In this document: positions 15,553 to 19,162 of the stretch, one piece after another
Layout: the number at the start of each line of letters is the position of its first letter
Numbering within the stretch: the stretch's first letter is position 1
Origin: a virus
Lineage: Duplodnaviria; Heunggongvirae; Uroviricota; Caudoviricetes
Length of the DNA: 19,162 bases
Virus record (IMG/VR): IMGVR_UViG_2734482785_000012
Location: 1 to 19,162 of that record
Reading direction: 5' to 3' (one strand)
Translations under genes and position numbers: made by a program
Notes under the pieces: generated by a model
Seen by the model: the letters and a program-made list of their open reading frames with translations, nothing else
The model's database searches: none
Told to the model about the DNA's origin: nothing

Positions 15553-17301
15553 TTATGGTAGCATCATTGATACATAATCCACACCAATCCTTGAGCTATA
15601 CTGAGACGCTATAGCCTGATATCTTTCTGCATAACCAGTTCTCAGTTGAGATTTAAGTTTGAGTCGGACAGGAACATTTTGCACGTTGCCATCCATATTA
15701 CTTAAAAACACGGCAGAAATAATATTTTTTTCTTCGCCATCAACTGTTGTTCCATGATTCAACACCACCATATAATCAACAACAGGAAGCGTTTTATCCC
15801 CTTCGAAAATAGAGAGATATTTTCTTTGATTTTTATGCATTACATATATATATTTCGAATGTTCAGCAAATGGCAATGCTTTACTCTGACTGGCGTTAAA
15901 AAGCTCCAGAACTTTAATGAGCCTGTGCGGACTTAATCTTACATGGTGAGGGTCGTTACCCTGAGTAGGAACCAAATCACATGCCGCAGATACACATAAA
16001 TACCATTTGTTCGACTCTGTATCAAAGAAAATAGTGCCAGTAGAAATATGACCATCTTCAAAATTCTTTGAAGACAAATTCATATTTAAAGCATGATACA
16101 TTTCGTGATAAGTATCATTATTTGATGGCAGATCCATTTTTGAAGAGCAATATTGGAGCAATGCAGCAACTCCGCTGTTAGCGTATTCATTTGAATAGCT
16201 ATCAAAAACACTTTTGATAAATTCATCCAGCGTATTATTATTTTTAAGTCTTTGATAAAGCTCTTCTGATAAATTACCAAATACAAAGTCAATATTTCTA
16301 CATCTAATATCAGGCGAGTCTGATTTTAATATCTCATTTAACCACGCAGCTTGACCGTAATGATCGTTAGCCAAATGATTTACAAAAGATAAAGCCTCAG
16401 CTTCGATTGCATTCTGAATTTCAGATTTTATTAACTGATAATAAGATGGTTTCCATTCAATGAGAGAATCATTGAGAGTTTGCCAAATCCTATCTCCATC
16501 GTTTTCATGATCATCTTGAACCTTATGAAATAGGGAGACAAAGATATTACCACATTGAATCCATTTTACTCCGCTTTCATCACCCCGAATGACATTGCCA
16601 GATGTGTTGCTAGAAATAATTGCATTTCTAGACACAGCATATTCTGCAATCATTTTTGCAATGAAGTTTTTATCCTTTTGATCCTCCAACACAGCATCAT
16701 CATGTATTAATCTTTTAATTCTTCTACAAGGCTTACTGTCTTTAATATAGGCTATTGTTTCATCTCTTGTGAGAGCTTTATTACCATTATCATTTAAGTT
16801 CGGTAATACAACGTCTTCCCAATAACTTTGGACATCTTCATTATCGTAGTCAATGATCAAGCTGTTGATATCCAGAGCACCTTTGAGAGTCGATGATATC
16901 TGCATCCAAACCGTTTCTAAATTCTCTCTAGTATATATTACAATCATATTTAAATGATCGGAGTCTTTCAAATCTTGTAATAGTTTAAGTGTTTTATCAG
17001 GTGCATTATTATCAAGATGATAATCTACAATAATAAGATCTGATTTTCTAATCCGATCCACATCGAAATTAACAGAACCATTGTCAACATCACAAATCAT
17101 ATTTTTAGATTGAAAAAAGCTCTCAAGAGTAGCGGCTCGTTTAGATGAGTCAATTTTGTTGTAGTCTAAATCAACTTCGTTATTCAACGCCCTGATTGAT
17201 TCAGAATACGTCAGAAAATCGTCATCAATCATGACAACGGAACGAATTGCATTTTCGCAGAAAGTTTTCTGGACAAGAGAATTATAATTTGCCACTGTCA
17301 T
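15553..17301 (-). CDS. Receiver (REC) domain protein with large C-terminal domain of unknown function (about 430 aa)
   Basis: N-terminal REC signature in the correct order and spacing: VVMIDDD (acidic pocket), LIIVDYHL (phospho-acceptor Asp), MIVIYT (conserved Thr), TLKG (Lys). ATG at 17301..17299 preceded by GGAG, 1 nt after the kinase-like gene stop (TAA-T-ATG); the track's model starts at 17319. About 30% GC. Confidence 0.7.
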   Translation of the reverse strand: MTVANYNSLVQKTFCENAIRSVVMIDDDFLTYSESIRALNNEVDLDYNKIDSSKRAATLESFFQSKNMICDVDNGSVNFDVDRIRKSDLIIVDYHLDNNAPDKTLKLLQDLKDSDHLNMIVIYTRENLETVWMQISSTLKGALDINSLIIDYDNEDVQSYWEDVVLPNLNDNGNKALTRDETIAYIKDSKPCRRIKRLIHDDAVLEDQKDKNFIAKMIAEYAVSRNAIISSNTSGNVIRGDESGVKWIQCGNIFVSLFHKVQDDHENDGDRIWQTLNDSLIEWKPSYYQLIKSEIQNAIEAEALSFVNHLANDHYGQAAWLNEILKSDSPDIRCRNIDFVFGNLSEELYQRLKNNNTLDEFIKSVFDSYSNEYANSGVAALLQYCSSKMDLPSNNDTYHEMYHALNMNLSSKNFEDGHISTGTIFFDTESNKWYLCVSAACDLVPTQGNDPHHVRLSPHRLIKVLELFNASQSKALPFAEHSKYIYVMHKNQRKYLSIFEGDKTLPVVDYMVVLNHGTTVDGEEKNIISAVFLSNMDGNVQNVPVRLKLKSQLRTGYAERYQAIASQYSSRIGVDYVSMMLP

Positions 17302-17302
17302 A

Positions 17303-19021
17303 TTAGAACTCCACTCCATTGAACTGGATCACAAAATTAGCGCCATCTTTTATTAAATAGTTATCGCCTTCATCAGGTTCTGAATACCATATTTTATGAT
17401 GTGCAACAGCAAGGTTTTCTCGACATAGATACAGACCTACCCCATGTCCATTTGCTCTTTTGCTATAAAATAGTTCAAATAGTCGCGGGATATCATCGGT
17501 ATCAATTGCCGGACCAGAATTTGCTATGATAACCAAAGAATTCACAAAACCAATCTTTATGAGCCTATTATTTGACAGACTGACCCAATACATTGCATTG
17601 TTGATAATATTAGTAAAAACAGGATAGATCCTTGATGGTATATCTGTTATTGCGATTTGCTTAAACTCTTCACTAAATTCAATAGTTATTCGTTGCCGTT
17701 CGAAACGCTCCCCAAAGAACTTCAGGACATAATCCATGATATTTTTTCCAGTTATTCTCTGCCTGGATTGATAACCTGATATTTTCAAAGGTGATAAGAA
17801 ACGTATTTGTTGAGTAAGCGATCTGTGAGCATTTAACGCCAATGAAAAACCAGGGTGTTCTTTTACAGAAGTAGGAAGAGAGTTTAGTCCTCTGGTTACC
17901 ATAGAATCCATTTCTTCAAGTTCATGAGATATTATCTCAACACTAATACCTAACTGTGCAAGCGCGTTTAAACTTTTAGCTTTTTCTTCAAAATATGAGC
18001 GTTCTTCTTCAGATAATGAGAATGCTGAATCTAAGTTTATACCTTCAAATAATCTATCGAGACCTTTTATTATTGATTGATATTTGAAAGTTAGGGTATC
18101 AACTGACTCAACATATAAACTATCGAGCAAATTAAACACATTTTCAATTTGTGAATCATTATCTATTGAATCAACAACTGATATAGTTTTAGCATAATAA
18201 TCACTTCGATCAACCTTTATTTCATCGGCCCATTTTTTTAAAAGAGAATGTATCTTCTCCTCTATCGTGTTATTAAACTTAGTTAGTTTAGAATTAATAA
18301 TACCTTGATTTTTTTCAAGGTGATTTTTCGCTGACAATGAAGGCTCAAGTTTATTTAATTCAGAATCAAGTTTATTAATTGCTAACTTCATTTGTAGAAT
18401 ATACGCAGAGAACTCATTAAATTTATCTCTGTAGTCTCTATATTTCTCTTCATACATTCCAAGTTTTGGAGGTTTGATAGGCGTTTTAATTTCACTGCGC
18501 AACGCATCTAAGTTTGTAAGATCACTGTCTATAATTTTAAGATAGTTTAAATCTAACGAACCATCAGTTTTATCAAGCTTAGTTTTCAGCCTTTTAACAG
18601 CCTCCAAGGAAGCATCAAGAACTGGTGTCTGATTCTTCAAAGCTTCTGAAAAACTTTTTTGTGTTGATTTTCGAGCTTGTTGTTGAGCAGATTTTCTTAA
18701 CTCTTTTTCACGCTTAACTTGTTCTAAAAGCTCTTTACGGTCATCAGAACGTGAACCAAAAAATCTATCAGCAAGTTCAGTTAACAAATTAGATATAATA
18801 GTTTTCAGTTCTCTTGCAGCCTGGTTTCTTATGAATCCCTCTCTCCCCGACTTATCTTTCAGCTCTTTATTACTGGATTGAGTAATTCCAATATAACCAA
18901 AAATCCTTCTATTAGACCAATAATATCGCCCTGCATTCCATGAACGTCTTTCTTCTATCTGGAAGAAATCATTATCTACTCGACCATAAGGTAATACTCT
19001 CAAGCTATCCCTAAAAATCAT
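17303..19021 (-). CDS. Cytoplasmic histidine-kinase-like protein (HisKA H-box plus GHKL/HATPase_c core) with coiled-coil-rich N-terminal region; reading frame open upstream to 19147
   Basis: H-box ISHELEEMDSM, N-box FTNIINNAMYW, G1 ANSGPAIDTDD, G2 GHGVGLYLC. No hydrophobic transmembrane segments. The frame continues without a stop or start codon from 19021 up to 19147 (…FDLKAKKYAGL before the Met), so the annotated Met may be internal. Confidence 0.7.
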   Translation of the reverse strand: MIFRDSLRVLPYGRVDNDFFQIEERRSWNAGRYYWSNRRIFGYIGITQSSNKELKDKSGREGFIRNQAARELKTIISNLLTELADRFFGSRSDDRKELLEQVKREKELRKSAQQQARKSTQKSFSEALKNQTPVLDASLEAVKRLKTKLDKTDGSLDLNYLKIIDSDLTNLDALRSEIKTPIKPPKLGMYEEKYRDYRDKFNEFSAYILQMKLAINKLDSELNKLEPSLSAKNHLEKNQGIINSKLTKFNNTIEEKIHSLLKKWADEIKVDRSDYYAKTISVVDSIDNDSQIENVFNLLDSLYVESVDTLTFKYQSIIKGLDRLFEGINLDSAFSLSEEERSYFEEKAKSLNALAQLGISVEIISHELEEMDSMVTRGLNSLPTSVKEHPGFSLALNAHRSLTQQIRFLSPLKISGYQSRQRITGKNIMDYVLKFFGERFERQRITIEFSEEFKQIAITDIPSRIYPVFTNIINNAMYWVSLSNNRLIKIGFVNSLVIIANSGPAIDTDDIPRLFELFYSKRANGHGVGLYLCRENLAVAHHKIWYSEPDEGDNYLIKDGANFVIQFNGVEF

Positions 19022-19142
19022 TAGTCCTGCATACTTTTTGGCCTTAAGATCAAAGTGGGAATGTTCACGTTCAGTATGTGATGTATTTTGTGAAAGGAAT
19101 TCAAACGTTCCTATCTGAAGCTCAAATGGGCCGACCCCTGCG

Positions 19143-19162
19143 TGATCCTACCCACGTAATAT
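19143..19162. mobile_element. Probable terminal inverted repeat of an IS3-family insertion sequence (element continues beyond the window)
   Basis: tgatcctacccacgtaatat has the TGATC-TACCCA terminus typical of IS3-type inverted repeats. The first in-frame stop upstream of the kinase-like ORF (cta at 19148-19150) lies inside it. Confidence 0.45.

Noticed and set aside
15754-16292. ORFs 15754..15936 (+) and 16086..16292 (-) within the receiver-domain gene
   Set aside because: Both are embedded in the long 582-codon frame; one is an out-of-frame same-strand ORF and the other is antisense. AT-rich sequence readily gives short spurious ORFs.
15553-19021. Kinase and receiver pair as an ordinary housekeeping two-component regulatory system
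   Set aside because: The kinase has no transmembrane sensor, the receiver protein has no recognisable DNA-binding output, and the pair is AT-rich and sits on an integrase-bounded islet next to an IS. An accessory (possibly defence) module is more consistent, though still unproven.

Overview
The window holds two adjacent horizontally acquired elements. (1) Bases 1 to ~13631: the right part of a lambdoid prophage, with every call made by reading motifs in the translations (no database search was run). In order: a phage-borne OmpC/NmpC-family porin (3' part), convergent terminators, antiterminator Q, a replication module on the minus strand (DnaB-like helicase, DnaC-like loader, O-like initiator with internal iterons), small genes, a Rha-family regulator, a cro-like/CI-like immunity switch, an AT-rich early-left accessory cluster (HTH protein, coupled small genes, small membrane proteins, SPFH lipoprotein), then xis-int ending at a 27-nt copy of the tmRNA (ssrA) 3' end. 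(2) Bases ~13632 to 19142: an AT-rich islet starting with a P4-type integrase, followed by a membrane protein and a tightly linked pair on the minus strand: a cytoplasmic histidine-kinase-like protein and a receiver-domain protein with a large unrecognised C-terminal domain. This pair is the best candidate for an undescribed system (two-component-type defence or signalling module). Its kinase gene is open all the way to what looks like an IS3-family inverted repeat at the window edge, so it may be 5'-interrupted.
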